Assembly (NCBI GenBank): GCA_963736115.1 | Contig: CAVTNR010000014.1 | Span: 208,371 to 272,370 of the forward strand | Origin: an uncultured bacterium | Lineage (GTDB): Bacteria > Zhuqueibacterota > QNDG01 > DTFT01 | Direction of reading: 5' to 3' | DNA length: 64,000 nucleotides | Shown here: positions 50,161 through 60,268 of the stretch, piece by piece | Layout of the letters: the number at the start of each line of letters is the position of its first letter | How positions within the stretch are numbered: position 1 is the stretch's first letter | Notes under the pieces: model-generated | The model's database searches: none | The model's input: the letters and a program-made list of their open reading frames with translations, nothing else | What the model was told of the DNA's origin: nothing | Program-made: the position numbers and the translations under genes

Positions 50161-50409
50161 TTGAAGCTCCCCGCCGCCCGCTGCGCGGGACCAATTTATT
50201 ATATTTTTAGAGTATTGAAGGCAAGCGGCGGGCCTTCAATAGTGAACAGATCAAATAACTTGGTGCCGCTTTGCGGCGAATCTTCTATCTGTAGAGAAGA
50301 GACATCTGATATTCGCTCGCTAACCCCGCGGCCCGCTGCGCGGGATCAAGCGATCATATTTTCGAATTATTGAAGACAAGCCGCGGGGAATGCGCTCGCT
50401 GTCAGATTC
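50161..50409 (+). mobile_element. MITE-like two-hairpin element with three nested 45 bp mini-units
   Basis: Homologous to 30480-30606; units at 50177-50221 (+), 50233-50277 (-) and 50332-50376 (+); deleting them restores two perfect GCAAGC hairpins. Confidence 0.8.
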
Positions 50410-50436
50410 TCCGGACAACTCATACGGAAAGACCTA

Positions 50437-51411
50437 TTGAAATTTCCGATCCGAAAAAGCCGGCTTTTTCTTGTCCTGAAGCTGTTGATCACGGCCGTGG
50501 TGATGCTGGTCCTGGTCCGCGCGGTGCATGTCCGGGAGATTCTCGGGGCGCTCCGTAATCCCGCTCAACCCGACTGCCTGGCCGCGGCCGCGATTCTGCT
50601 CGTTCCGAACCTCCTCCTGCAGTGGATCCGCTGGCATCTCCTGCTCCGGCTCATCAACCCGGACACTCCGGTTTCAGATTCCGTCGCTTCGCTCTTCGGC
50701 GGCATGGTGGCCGGGTTCGTCACCCCCGGCCGCATCGGCGAAATCGGCCGCACGCTGTTTCTGAAGCATGAGGACCGTCTTCAGGCCGTGGGTTTGATCG
50801 TCATTGACAAACTGTACGCATTCTTTCCGGTCGCGGCCGCCGGCTTCTGGGGGCTGGTCCTTCTGCTGTCCTACCAGTACGGGTATGCCCCTTTTCTGGT
50901 CTGGCCGCTGTTCTTCGGCGCCGCTTTTTTCACGGTCATTTCCCTGACCGTGATTCTGCATCCCGAATGGATCCGCTCTTTTCTGTATTACCTCTCCATG
51001 CTGATGCCCGCCCGGGAGAAGCTGAAACGCATCATTTCGTGCATCGATCGTTTCGGCCGACCGGACGCTCTTGTGCAGACCGGACTTGCTGTGTTGCTGT
51101 ACACAGTGTACATTCTTCAGTTCTGTCTGCTGGCGTTCGCATTTCAGCACATCCCGTGGACTACGGCGCTCACCGCAACCACATCGGTGATTCTCGTCAA
51201 GACGATACTGCCCGTTTCCATCGGGGATCTCGGAATCCGGGAAGGCGCGTCCATCTATTTTTTCACCCGTTTCAACGTGGAACAAGCGACGGCTTTTAAT
51301 GCCTCTCTTATGCTCTTCGTGCTCAATGTTCTGGTTCCCACAATACTGGGGCTCATTTTCATCCCGCGTATGGGATGGCCGGAGAGGAAAGATGTGAACC
51401 GGGACAAATAA
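50437..51411 (+). CDS. Lysylphosphatidylglycerol synthase TM-domain (flippase-like) membrane protein
   Basis: RWHLLL, FVTPGRIGEIGR and PVSIGDLGIRE motifs; multiple TM helices. Confidence 0.85.
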   Translation: MKFPIRKSRLFLVLKLLITAVVMLVLVRAVHVREILGALRNPAQPDCLAAAAILLVPNLLLQWIRWHLLLRLINPDTPVSDSVASLFGGMVAGFVTPGRIGEIGRTLFLKHEDRLQAVGLIVIDKLYAFFPVAAAGFWGLVLLLSYQYGYAPFLVWPLFFGAAFFTVISLTVILHPEWIRSFLYYLSMLMPAREKLKRIISCIDRFGRPDALVQTGLAVLLYTVYILQFCLLAFAFQHIPWTTALTATTSVILVKTILPVSIGDLGIREGASIYFFTRFNVEQATAFNASLMLFVLNVLVPTILGLIFIPRMGWPERKDVNRDK

Positions 51412-51539
51412 ATACAACCTCAATATTCACATATTTTTAAGTGGCGGCATGATTATTGCGAATATAAATCATGCCGTTTGTTGTTTAGCAGGACCATTTT
51501 TGTGTATTCAATCGTCTGTCACAGTATCAGAAAAGGAGG

Positions 51540-52280
51540 ATGCCTATGGGTCTTTTCAGAAGGAAAAAAACCTTGAAACCCGCTGTAAATAAAGGCAAAA
51601 AGAAGATTTCCGGCCCACGACCCGATCCTCTGAGTCTGGGCATGGTATTGCTTGCGGTCATCGTTGTCGCCGGCAGTTATATCAATTACCGGATCTCGCA
51701 TGCCCGTATGGAAAAACTGAGCCAGGACGTGATCAATCTCCGTTCAGCGATGAACATCGACAGTGTCCGGCAGTATGAGATCCAGAAAGTCATGAAGATC
51801 ATCGATCTGCACAACAAGAATCTATCCGCCATTGAATCGTACGATATCGCCAATGAAATTTATGAGCTGTCGCAGAAATATCCGAATCTCAATACCGAGC
51901 TGATCTGCGCGATGATCACGCATGAGAGCGCGGGCACCTGGAGTCCAACCGTCGTGTCCAAAGCCAATGCCATGGGTCTGATGCAGATCATGCCCGTGAC
52001 CGGCTATTTCCTCGCGGGATACGAGGGTATCGCATGGGATTCCGCGGAGAATGTGCTATTCAATCCCATCTACAACCTCAGAATCGGAACCCGTCTGATG
52101 TCCACGCTGATCACGCGTTACGGACTCGACGGCGCTCTGGCCGCCTACAATGGAGGGGAGAAACAGGCCGCGGTCTGGCTCGCCAACGGCCGTGATGACA
52201 AGTATCTGTTCACCGAAACGCGCGGGTATGTGCCGGCTGTCCAGAGGCTGTACGCCCTGTACCAGTCTCAGCGTTTATAG
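51540..52280 (+). CDS. Membrane-anchored lytic transglycosylase (SLT domain)
   Basis: AMITHES, AMGLMQIMP, ALAAYNGG and ETRGYV motifs; AGGAGG RBS. Confidence 0.9.
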   Translation: MPMGLFRRKKTLKPAVNKGKKKISGPRPDPLSLGMVLLAVIVVAGSYINYRISHARMEKLSQDVINLRSAMNIDSVRQYEIQKVMKIIDLHNKNLSAIESYDIANEIYELSQKYPNLNTELICAMITHESAGTWSPTVVSKANAMGLMQIMPVTGYFLAGYEGIAWDSAENVLFNPIYNLRIGTRLMSTLITRYGLDGALAAYNGGEKQAAVWLANGRDDKYLFTETRGYVPAVQRLYALYQSQRL

Positions 52281-52301
52281 CGACTCTCATCAGAGGAAAA
52301 T

Positions 52302-52334
52302 AAAAAGGCCCGGGCGGACAGCCTGGGCCTTTTT
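52302..52334. terminator. Bidirectional intrinsic terminator
   Basis: AAAAAGGCCCGGGC-GGACA-GCCTGGGCCTTTTT. Confidence 0.75.
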
Positions 52335-52385
52335 CGTGCGCCGGAGCGTGTCCGGCGGCGGTGTCCATAATCCCATTGAGAGCGG

Positions 52386-53452
52386 TCAGGGACCTGCCTG
52401 GCGGATGCGGGGAAGGGCGTTCATCAGGCCGCGGATCACCGTTTCCGCGTGGCGGTCAAAGGAAGGATCCGGCGAATCGAACGAGGCGCTCCAGACGACC
52501 GCGCCGGTCTCCGGTACGATGAGGCGTATCCGGGAGGAATGGATGACGGGCTCCTCGCCGTAGGTCCGGATGGCGTACTGGACGCCTGTCTCAATGACCG
52601 CGTCGAGCGGCTGAATGGCAGCGGCATGGAAAGCCAGCTCGGAAACGGAAAGTGAATCCGTGTAAAGACGGTTGAGGAAGGCCTTTGGATTCGCGGCTTT
52701 CGCTTCGGAACGCAGGCGGTCGTCCACGGAAGTCTTCAGCTTGTCCCAGCTGATCACGTCGATTCCGTCACGGATCAGGGCGGACTCGATCGCGGTGTTG
52801 AAGCGCATGGACACATCATCGGTTCCTCCCACGACCACGGCGGACCGGACGCCGGATCGTGCCGCCTGTGACATGCGGTCCCCGGACGGCGACGGCGCGT
52901 CTCCGGCCGACAACCGACGGTTCCGGGACGGACGCAGGCCGAGTCCCATGCCGGCATAGAAGAAACGGGCGTTCTTCCGCGGCTGGAGACTCCGCCTTTG
53001 AGGATCAGCGAATGAACATCGAGGAAGGGAACGGATATTCCGGCTTCGCCACGGAATTCGCCGTGAAACAGCTCGGATGACTCGAATCGGTAGGATTCTC
53101 CTCCGGTCCATATCTGCCTGCGCTCGGTCGTGGTCGCGAATCCGCATCCGGACTGCAGGAAAAACCGGCCGATCGGAAGCCGGAGCATGGGAACGAGGGA
53201 GACCCGCGTGAAGTGCCGGTAGTCACCTGGCGAGATCCGCGGGGCGTGTAGGCCCCAACCGAGGCGTCCGCGCCGATGCTCAGCCATTTCCAGCCGGCCG
53301 CGAGTCCGGCGGCCGGAGCCATCACCCAGCCTTCCTTGAAATCGTAATTGCAGACAATGGCTTCCGCGCGCCATTCCGCTGCGGATAATGGCCTGCTTGC
53401 GAAGACATGCGAGCCCGAGAATCAGGCGGATGGTCGGACGGCAGAGCCTCAT
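52386..53452 (-). pseudogene. Exported beta-strand-rich hypothetical protein broken by about three frameshifts
   Basis: Protein-like segments continue across ORFs 52775-53689, 53005-53325 and 52386-53147, with frame changes near 53400, 53260 and 52980. Confidence 0.5.
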
Positions 53453-53466
53453 GATGACCTCCTCAT

Positions 53467-54246
53467 TCAATCCTTTTCCAATCGGCGCTGATGCCATGTC
53501 CGGAGAGCGCGTAATCCGGCTTCGAGAACGGCGTCCGGGGACAGGCTTGCCTCCGGTCCCCGCGGCAGGGAAGGCCGCCATTCGCCGCCGGTCAGTGAAT
53601 CCCGGGCGGTCAGCAGACCGGCAATCCTGCATCCTCTGGATTTCGCGACCGAGAACAGGGCGGCGCTCTCCATGTCCACGGCTTCGCATCCTTCGGCCAG
53701 CAGGCGCCGGATCTTTCCCGCGGTCTCGCGGTACGGGGCGTCCGTGGTCCAGACCGAAGTCTCGCGGAAACGCAGACCCCGGGCGGTCAATGAATCGCGG
53801 AGCGCGGCGAAGAGTTCCAGATCCGGCAGGGAGAAGCGGGACGGCGGCTCGTAATGGAAGGACGTTCCCTCGTCACGCACGGCGCGGAGCGGCAGGATGA
53901 GATCATTGCGCAGAATACCGTCCGTCAGGGCGCCGCATGAACCGGTGAACAGGCAGACTTCGGCCCCCAGTTCGAAGGTTTCTTCGAGGACCATGGCTGA
54001 CACGGGCGCGCCGATGCCGCAGTCGATGTAGGCCATGGGGACTCCCTCGAATTGGAACAGAAGATAGGGATGACCGGGCCGTATGCTGAGCGTGGAGCAG
54101 GACGGGAATTTCCGTTTCAGCCGCTGGTAATGGGCCGTTTCGAATCCCATCAGGCAATACCGCGGCAATCGATTGACAGCATCCGAAGTTCTGCCGAGAC
54201 GGTGCCGAATGAAGCTGCGCGGCAGTGAAAACAGCAGGTTCTTCAT
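53467..54246 (-). CDS. Nucleoside phosphorylase (PNP/UDP family 1)
   Basis: GIGAP, FTGSCG, AVRDEGTSFHY, WTTDAPYRET and AVDMESAA motifs. Confidence 0.88.
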   Translation of the reverse strand: MKNLLFSLPRSFIRHRLGRTSDAVNRLPRYCLMGFETAHYQRLKRKFPSCSTLSIRPGHPYLLFQFEGVPMAYIDCGIGAPVSAMVLEETFELGAEVCLFTGSCGALTDGILRNDLILPLRAVRDEGTSFHYEPPSRFSLPDLELFAALRDSLTARGLRFRETSVWTTDAPYRETAGKIRRLLAEGCEAVDMESAALFSVAKSRGCRIAGLLTARDSLTGGEWRPSLPRGPEASLSPDAVLEAGLRALRTWHQRRLEKD

Positions 54247-54394
54247 GGGAGCCACGGAGCAGTTCAATTGATTCCATGACGGTTTCTTGACATCGGATAA
54301 GCGATCACTGTATTGGGCTTCAAAATAATAAAATACATAAAAATCACCTTGGTTCAAAGAGGATTTTAAAAACCTGTTATTTTGATGAAAAAGC

Positions 54395-54423
54395 TTGACT
54401 TTAAAGGATTAAACCGATAAATT
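54395..54423 (+). promoter_or_regulatory. Sigma70-type promoter candidate
   Basis: TTGACT-17 nt-TAAATT in an AT-rich gap. Confidence 0.4.
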
Positions 54424-54637
54424 TTAACATTCCTTCACAAATGAAAAATTTCCGGCCGGTTTTATAGCAGGAATTGCCTTAAGGCAATGGAAGATCGTAT
54501 GTGATAGTTATTTGTAAATAAATGAATTAATGGCAAAACATTCAATTTCCTTTTAAGTTATTGGCAAAATCTTTGCAACATTGGATTCGTGAAGCATTGT
54601 CACTGAATTGGTTATACAGCCTTTGGGAGGTCATTTC

Positions 54638-56006
54638 ATGAAGAGAATCACCGTGTACGCGTCGCTCGCCGTTCTTATAACGGTGTGGTCTGGATTGCTT
54701 CCCGCCCAGGGATTGCAGTTGAGCCAGCCGGACCAGTTCGGCGTCTCTTTCACAGCCATGCATCCCGATGTGGAGAGACTCAAGTCCAGCGCGATGCGGG
54801 CCCGGAGTCGAAGTGTACGCCAAGTACAAGCTGTCTCCGACGTTCGCGGTTTCAGCGGGCACCGGTTACAGTACGGCCATGAGCAAGTCCTTGTGTCCTG
54901 GGAATACCTCGAGCAACTGGACTCTTTTCCCGACTTTCGAGCTCAAGGCCATACTCCAGCCATCCCAGAACAACGTGATCACGCCCATGGCCTTTGCCGG
55001 ACTGAATGCGTTCGGGTGGAAGTCGACCTTCAAGCAGGGCACCCAGACGACATTGAAACTGACACGTATTACGACGGCGCATTCGTGATCGGCGCGGGTC
55101 TCCAGTTCGCGCTGAACGAGAAAACATCGTTCGTGGTTTCCGGAGACTACCGTTATCACGTTCACGGCCGAAGGGGATGAGAAGCCCAAATTCTGGGCCG
55201 CGAAAGCCGGATTGGCCTTCTCCATGAAGCCGCCTTCGCGTTCCTTCCGGAAGGAAGACGAAATCGAATACCCGATGGGCGAACAGGAACTCGCGACTCT
55301 GGACGATCTCTTCAGGGAGGACTCGCCCAGCGGTTCGAGCGACGACGACGCGCTTTCCCTTCTGTTCCAGCCGGAGCAGAGCGCCGCATCCGGATTGGAC
55401 GAAACCGGAGACGAGGATCTTGCCGATCTCTTCGGGGAGGATACCGAAGAGGGCATATCCGCGGCGGAGCAGGGCGAATCGTCCGGATACCCGGACACGG
55501 ATATCGGTCAGCTCATGGCCAAGGTGGATCGTCTGAAAACGGAAATGGATCAGAGAACCAGGCAGATCGACGAGCTTCAGGCCAAGGTCGGGGAAGGCGT
55601 TCCGGCCGGCGGTTCGGCGGGCCCGGCGCTCGGCGATTCCCAATTTAAATCGGGTTACGAGGCCGCCCTGAATCAGTTCCACATGCGCAACTACCGGGAC
55701 GCGATCTCCCGCTTCCAGACGCTGGCCGCCTCCAATCCCAGACACACGCTGGCAAGCAACTGTCATTACTGGATCGGCGAGTGCTACAACGCCATGGGCG
55801 ACTACCGGTCCGCGCTCAACGCGTTCAAGACCGTTCTCTCGTATTCCTCCTCCTACAAACTGGACGACGCGCTCATCATGAGCGGCCTGTGCCACCTCAA
55901 GCTGGGCGACAGCAGCACGGCGCGGACCCAGTTCCAGGAACTCGTCAGCCAGTATCCACAGAGCGAATACGCGCCGAAAGCCATGCGCTATCTCGGCACG
56001 CTCTAA
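54638..56006 (+). pseudogene. Outer-membrane beta-barrel + acidic linker + CpoB/YbgF-like TPR protein, frameshifted
   Basis: GGAGG RBS and signal peptide at 54638; barrel strands split over ORFs 54608-55180 and 54768-55088; TPR part 55212-56006 (ASNCHYWIGECY, FQELVSQYPQSEY). Confidence 0.6.
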
Positions 56007-56026
56007 GCGTTCCTTCCGCGGAAATC

Positions 56027-56059
56027 AAAAGCCCCGGCTCTTCGGCCGGGGCTTTTTTT
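56027..56059. terminator. Bidirectional intrinsic terminator
   Basis: AAAAGCCCCGGC-TCTTCG-GCCGGGGCTTTTTTT. Confidence 0.85.
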
Positions 56060-56897
56060 ATGACGACCCGGATTTGCGGCGCGGCTTCGGATCGGGTTTT
56101 GCCGAGGGACTGCTTCGCAGCTTTTTCCCGTTTTCAGGACCGGCGGTCCCGGCTTCTCCCGCCAGTCTGCGGCGGTATGCGACAGCGGCCACGAGTATGC
56201 TGATTTCGTAGAGAATGAGGAGGGGAACGGCGAGCAGAATCTGGTTCAGGGGATCGGGCGTGGGCGTGACCACGGCCGATAAAACGAAAATCACGACAAT
56301 GCTGTACTTGCGGATGCGCCTGAGCAGTGCCGGCGTGACCAGGCCGATCCGGGCCAGAAAAAAGGCGGCCACGGGCAGTTCGAACACCAATCCCGTGAGC
56401 AGGATCAGGCGCATGAGGAAGGACGCGTATTCATTGACATTGATCACGGCTTCGATGGAATCCGTGCCCATGCCGTACAGGAAAGGCAGGATGGCCGGAA
56501 TCATGACGCCGTATGCGAATGCGGCCCCCGCGGTGAAGCACAGGATGGCGCTGAACAGAAGGGGCGGGAACAGTTTCCGTTCGCGCGAGAGAAGGCCGGG
56601 CGCGATGAACTGCCAGAGCTGGTACAGGACCACGGGAAGGGCGACGGTCAATCCGGCGACAATGGCGATTTCCATGCGGAGCATGAGCATGCCGGCAGGC
56701 TTGAGAAAGATCAGGCGCGCGGGATCGGGAAGCCGGTCGTTCGGCAGGGTCAGGATGTCGAGGATGCGGCCGCTCAGCGGAAACGCGGTCCCGGCCGCGA
56801 CCACGACCGCGACCAGAGATTTGAGGATGCGCCATCGGAGTTCCTCAAGATGGTCGAGGAAGGGCATTTCATGGTTCTTGTTCTTTCCGCGTTTCAT
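56058..56897 (-). CDS. tatC: Twin-arginine translocase subunit TatC
   Basis: MPFLDHLEELRWR, QLWQFIAPGL, GLVFELP and TPTPDP motifs. Confidence 0.95.
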   Translation of the reverse strand: MKRGKNKNHEMPFLDHLEELRWRILKSLVAVVVAAGTAFPLSGRILDILTLPNDRLPDPARLIFLKPAGMLMLRMEIAIVAGLTVALPVVLYQLWQFIAPGLLSRERKLFPPLLFSAILCFTAGAAFAYGVMIPAILPFLYGMGTDSIEAVINVNEYASFLMRLILLTGLVFELPVAAFFLARIGLVTPALLRRIRKYSIVVIFVLSAVVTPTPDPLNQILLAVPLLILYEISILVAAVAYRRRLAGEAGTAGPENGKKLRSSPSAKPDPKPRRKSGSS

Positions 56898-57934
56898 GAC
56901 ACTCCCTGCGGGCCGTCCGGGCTCCGCGGCGGCCGGATCGGTCTCCGGCGGGACAGGAGGGCGTGGATGCCGTTCATGAGCAGGAGCGCGATCCCGGCGC
57001 CTTCCGGCCAGGGGCCCCAGAGACGGAGCAGGACCATGAGGCCTCCGAATCCGGCACCGAACAGCCAACGGTTGACCGGCCGGACCGGGGAGGTTACTGG
57101 ATCCGTGGCCATGAAAAACAGCATGAAAAGAAATGCGCCGTGCGGGAGAAAGAGAAGCGGATCCCCGGAGAAAGCGCCGTCCGTTCCCCCGAATGCCCAG
57201 GACAGCAGAACCGATGACAGCAGACCGGCGATCGGGATTTTCCATCCGATGACCCTTCGGTACAGCAGAATTCCGGCGCCGAACAGGACGAGCAACATCG
57301 AGGTTTCAGCCAGGCAGGAACCGGGATGGGCCACGAAACGTCCGGGCAGGGTTTCGATGAGCCTGGATAGGGTCATGGTCGCATCGGCGATGCGGTCCGC
57401 GGACTGGGATTCGGGGCGCATCAGAACGGTGTAGCCGGCGCGCCACCGGATCAAGGGAGAGGCTGCGGTGAGGCTGTCCGGCGCCAGCCAATCGGAAGTG
57501 AACGCGGCGGGATAAACAAGCATGAGCATGAGGCGTCCGAATAGCGCGGGATTCAGGGGATTCCGGCCCAATCCGCCGAAAACCTGCTTGCCGAGCACAA
57601 CCGCCAGTACGGCTCCGGCCGCGGGCATCCACAGTGGAGCGGGAACCGGCAGACTCAGGGAGAGAAGAAGTCCGGTGAGAAATGCGCTTCCGTCCGAGGG
57701 CGGCGGCGTCGTCAACGGCCTTCGGCGGAGACTTTGAGCCGCCCATTCTGCGGCGAATGCGGCCGTCACGGCGGAACCGATGAACCATGCGGCGCGAAAG
57801 CCGTAAGTCCAGACCGACGCGGCGGCCAGCGGGGCCAGAGCCGCGGCCGTGGTCCACATCATTTTCCGAACCGAGTCATTGTCCCGGATAAAGGGGAAGC
57901 TTTCCCTCAGAAAACGTACGTTTCCGGACGTCAT
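56894..57934 (-). CDS. rnfD: RnfD/NqrB-family membrane subunit
   Basis: GKQVFGGLGRNPLNPA, AETS and FMATDPVTSP motifs; ATGA overlap with rnfC. Confidence 0.85.
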   Translation of the reverse strand: MTSGNVRFLRESFPFIRDNDSVRKMMWTTAAALAPLAAASVWTYGFRAAWFIGSAVTAAFAAEWAAQSLRRRPLTTPPPSDGSAFLTGLLLSLSLPVPAPLWMPAAGAVLAVVLGKQVFGGLGRNPLNPALFGRLMLMLVYPAAFTSDWLAPDSLTAASPLIRWRAGYTVLMRPESQSADRIADATMTLSRLIETLPGRFVAHPGSCLAETSMLLVLFGAGILLYRRVIGWKIPIAGLLSSVLLSWAFGGTDGAFSGDPLLFLPHGAFLFMLFFMATDPVTSPVRPVNRWLFGAGFGGLMVLLRLWGPWPEGAGIALLLMNGIHALLSRRRPIRPPRSPDGPQGVS

Positions 57935-59295
57935 CCGGCCTCCCGCCCGGAAGCCGGGACCGGCGGAAAGATGCGGACCAGCGGCCGTGCGGCCGGACAG
58001 ATGTAGGCGCATGCGCCGCAACGGATGCAGGATGCGAGGCCTTCCAGCCGGGCCAGGTCGGTCCTGCCGCTGCGCATGAAGGCTTCGATCCGATAGGGGG
58101 CCAGCCCCACGGGACAGCAGTCCGAGCAGCGGCCGCAACGAATGCAGGCGGTTTCCGGATCGACTGCGAAGCCGCGGCCGTCCAGAACCGTCAGACCGGT
58201 TGTCCACGCCGTAACCGGCGCTGTATCGCAGGAAAGGGCCATTCCGGACATAGGACCGCCGTGGAGGAGCAGAACCGTGTCCGACGTGTAACCGCCGCAG
58301 GCCGAGACGCATGCCGAGATCGGGGCGCCCAGAGGCACGGAGAGATTGCGGGGATTCCGTATGCCGTCCCCGGCCACGGTCAGGACGCGCCTGGTCTGGG
58401 GCAGGCCCCGTGTCACCGCATCCGTCACAGCCAGAGTCGCGGTGACGCTCTGCACGTGAACCCCCGTTCTTCCGTCCCGTTTTGATCCGGAGAAGGCCGT
58501 CCTGAGTCCGAGGGAGGCCAGCAGCGCGGTTTCATTGTGGCCGGGATACTTCGAGTCGAGATAGAGAATGGAGACGGACCGGAGCCGACGCACCGCCTTC
58601 CGCAGAGACCGGAGCGGACCGCGGTCATCAGACGGAACCGCGAAAATGCCTTTGCGGCTCCCGGTCATCCGCATGGTGAGGCGCAGACCGAGAACGATGT
58701 CAACGGAACGTTCGATCAGGAGGCGGTGGTCGGAGGCGAGATAGGGTTCGGATTCCATGGCATTGACGACCACGGTGTGGCTCGCGCCCCGCGGTCCGGA
58801 GGGGAATGCGCTCGCTGACAGATTCAGGCGTTCGGCCGGAAAGCCGGCATCTGCTGCCGAATCCGTCACGCCGGCTTCCAGAACGCGTTGACGCAGTTCT
58901 TCCGGCGGTTTTTCCAGAAAGGATTCGGTTCCGTGTTCCTGAAACGCGTCCGTCCGGCCCGCGGTGTCCGGTTCGTCCGGGGTTCCGATCTTATCCGAGA
59001 CGCGGAGTACGAGGGATCGGACTTCAGGGCCGACCGGAAAAGGCCGCGGGCCGATCGCGGAGATGACACCGGAGGCCGAGGCGTGGAGGGGGAAGCCGTC
59101 CGCGGTCCGCGCCACGATCTGGCCGGTGCGGACCCGGTCGCCCTTTTTGACCAGGGGGAGGAATACGGTTCCCGGAGGATGCTCCAGCGGCCAGATCATC
59201 TGGTCCGGAAGCGGAAGATCGGTGATGGCGCAATTCTGCGTTTCCGATTTCCGGCGCGGCGGATGTACGCCGCCCCGGAAGGTGAGGCGGGCCAT
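57931..59295 (-). CDS. rnfC: RnfC/RsxC-like electron transport subunit (divergent)
   Basis: TFRGGVHP, VKKGDRV, HASASG, ESEPYL; two 4Fe-4S motifs CIRCGRCSDCCP and CIRCGACAYICP. Confidence 0.85.
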   Translation of the reverse strand: MARLTFRGGVHPPRRKSETQNCAITDLPLPDQMIWPLEHPPGTVFLPLVKKGDRVRTGQIVARTADGFPLHASASGVISAIGPRPFPVGPEVRSLVLRVSDKIGTPDEPDTAGRTDAFQEHGTESFLEKPPEELRQRVLEAGVTDSAADAGFPAERLNLSASAFPSGPRGASHTVVVNAMESEPYLASDHRLLIERSVDIVLGLRLTMRMTGSRKGIFAVPSDDRGPLRSLRKAVRRLRSVSILYLDSKYPGHNETALLASLGLRTAFSGSKRDGRTGVHVQSVTATLAVTDAVTRGLPQTRRVLTVAGDGIRNPRNLSVPLGAPISACVSACGGYTSDTVLLLHGGPMSGMALSCDTAPVTAWTTGLTVLDGRGFAVDPETACIRCGRCSDCCPVGLAPYRIEAFMRSGRTDLARLEGLASCIRCGACAYICPAARPLVRIFPPVPASGREAG

Positions 59296-59297
59296 GC

Positions 59298-59777
59298 CTA
59301 CTCCTGGGGGGGGTCCTGCTCCGGACCGGTTCCGTCCTGCCGGAGCCCGTTGAGCTCGCGCAGGAATTCATCCTTGTCCCTGAAATTCCGGTACACGGAC
59401 GCGAACCGGACATAGGCCACTTCGTCAATCCGCCGCAGGGACTGAATGACCCCCTCCCCGATACGGCGGCTGTCGATTTCGTTCATGAATTCCATTCCCG
59501 CCTCGATGTCGTCCGCGATCCGCTCGACCGTCTCGAAGGAAATGGGGCGTTTGGTACAGGCGATCTGAATGCTGCGGATGAGCTTTCGGCGGTCATAGGG
59601 CTCGCGGCGGCCGTCGCTCTTGATGACGGAGACGGATTTATCCTCGATTGCCTCGACCGTGAAGAACCGGCGTCCGCATCTGAGGCAGTGGCGTTTCCGG
59701 CGCACGGCTTTTCCGTCCTGCACCAGCCGGGTGTCGACCACCCGGTCCTCGTCAATGCCGCATGCGGGGCATTTCAT
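59298..59777 (-). CDS. nrdR: Transcriptional repressor NrdR
   Basis: MKCPAC...RRKRHCLRC zinc ribbon, ATP cone and [12 protein letters not shown]. Confidence 0.95.
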   Translation of the reverse strand: MKCPACGIDEDRVVDTRLVQDGKAVRRKRHCLRCGRRFFTVEAIEDKSVSVIKSDGRREPYDRRKLIRSIQIACTKRPISFETVERIADDIEAGMEFMNEIDSRRIGEGVIQSLRRIDEVAYVRFASVYRNFRDKDEFLRELNGLRQDGTGPEQDPPQE

Positions 59778-60268
59778 GACGGAACCGCGTCCGGTTCCCC
59801 GGCGCGGAAGAGCCGCGCATTCAGGCCGCCTTCAGAGGCCATTTCCATGGCCAGCCCGTCCGGATAACCCTCCGCGAAAATCACATCCCGGATCGAGGCA
59901 TTCAGGATCATCTTCATGCAGAGCACGCAGGGGTAATGGGTCGTGTAGAGGACGCATCCCTCGATACTGGTTCCCGATGTGGCGGCCTGGATAATTGCGT
60001 TCTGTTCCGCGTGCAGTCCCCGGCAGAGCTCATGCCGTTCTCCCGAGGGGATTTTCAGCTTGTCGCGGAGGCATCCGACATCGAGACAATGCGGGAGCCC
60101 CTTCGGAACGCCGTTGTACCCGGTGGCGAGAATGCGCTTGTCCTTCACCATGACAGCCCCGACTTTTCTCCGCAGGCAGGTCGACCGGCTGGACACCAGC
60201 CGGGTGATCTGCATGAAATAGTCGTCCCAGGAAGGGCGGCCGCCGGATCCGGTCAGGGGCGCGGTCAT
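59774..60268 (-). CDS. Deoxycytidylate (dCMP) deaminase
   Basis: [21 protein letters not shown] and PCVLC motifs. Confidence 0.92.
   Translation of the reverse strand: MTAPLTGSGGRPSWDDYFMQITRLVSSRSTCLRRKVGAVMVKDKRILATGYNGVPKGLPHCLDVGCLRDKLKIPSGERHELCRGLHAEQNAIIQAATSGTSIEGCVLYTTHYPCVLCMKMILNASIRDVIFAEGYPDGLAMEMASEGGLNARLFRAGEPDAVPS

Noticed and set aside
50161-50373. 70 aa ORF MKLPAARC...
   Set aside because: Spurious translation of the palindromic repeat element
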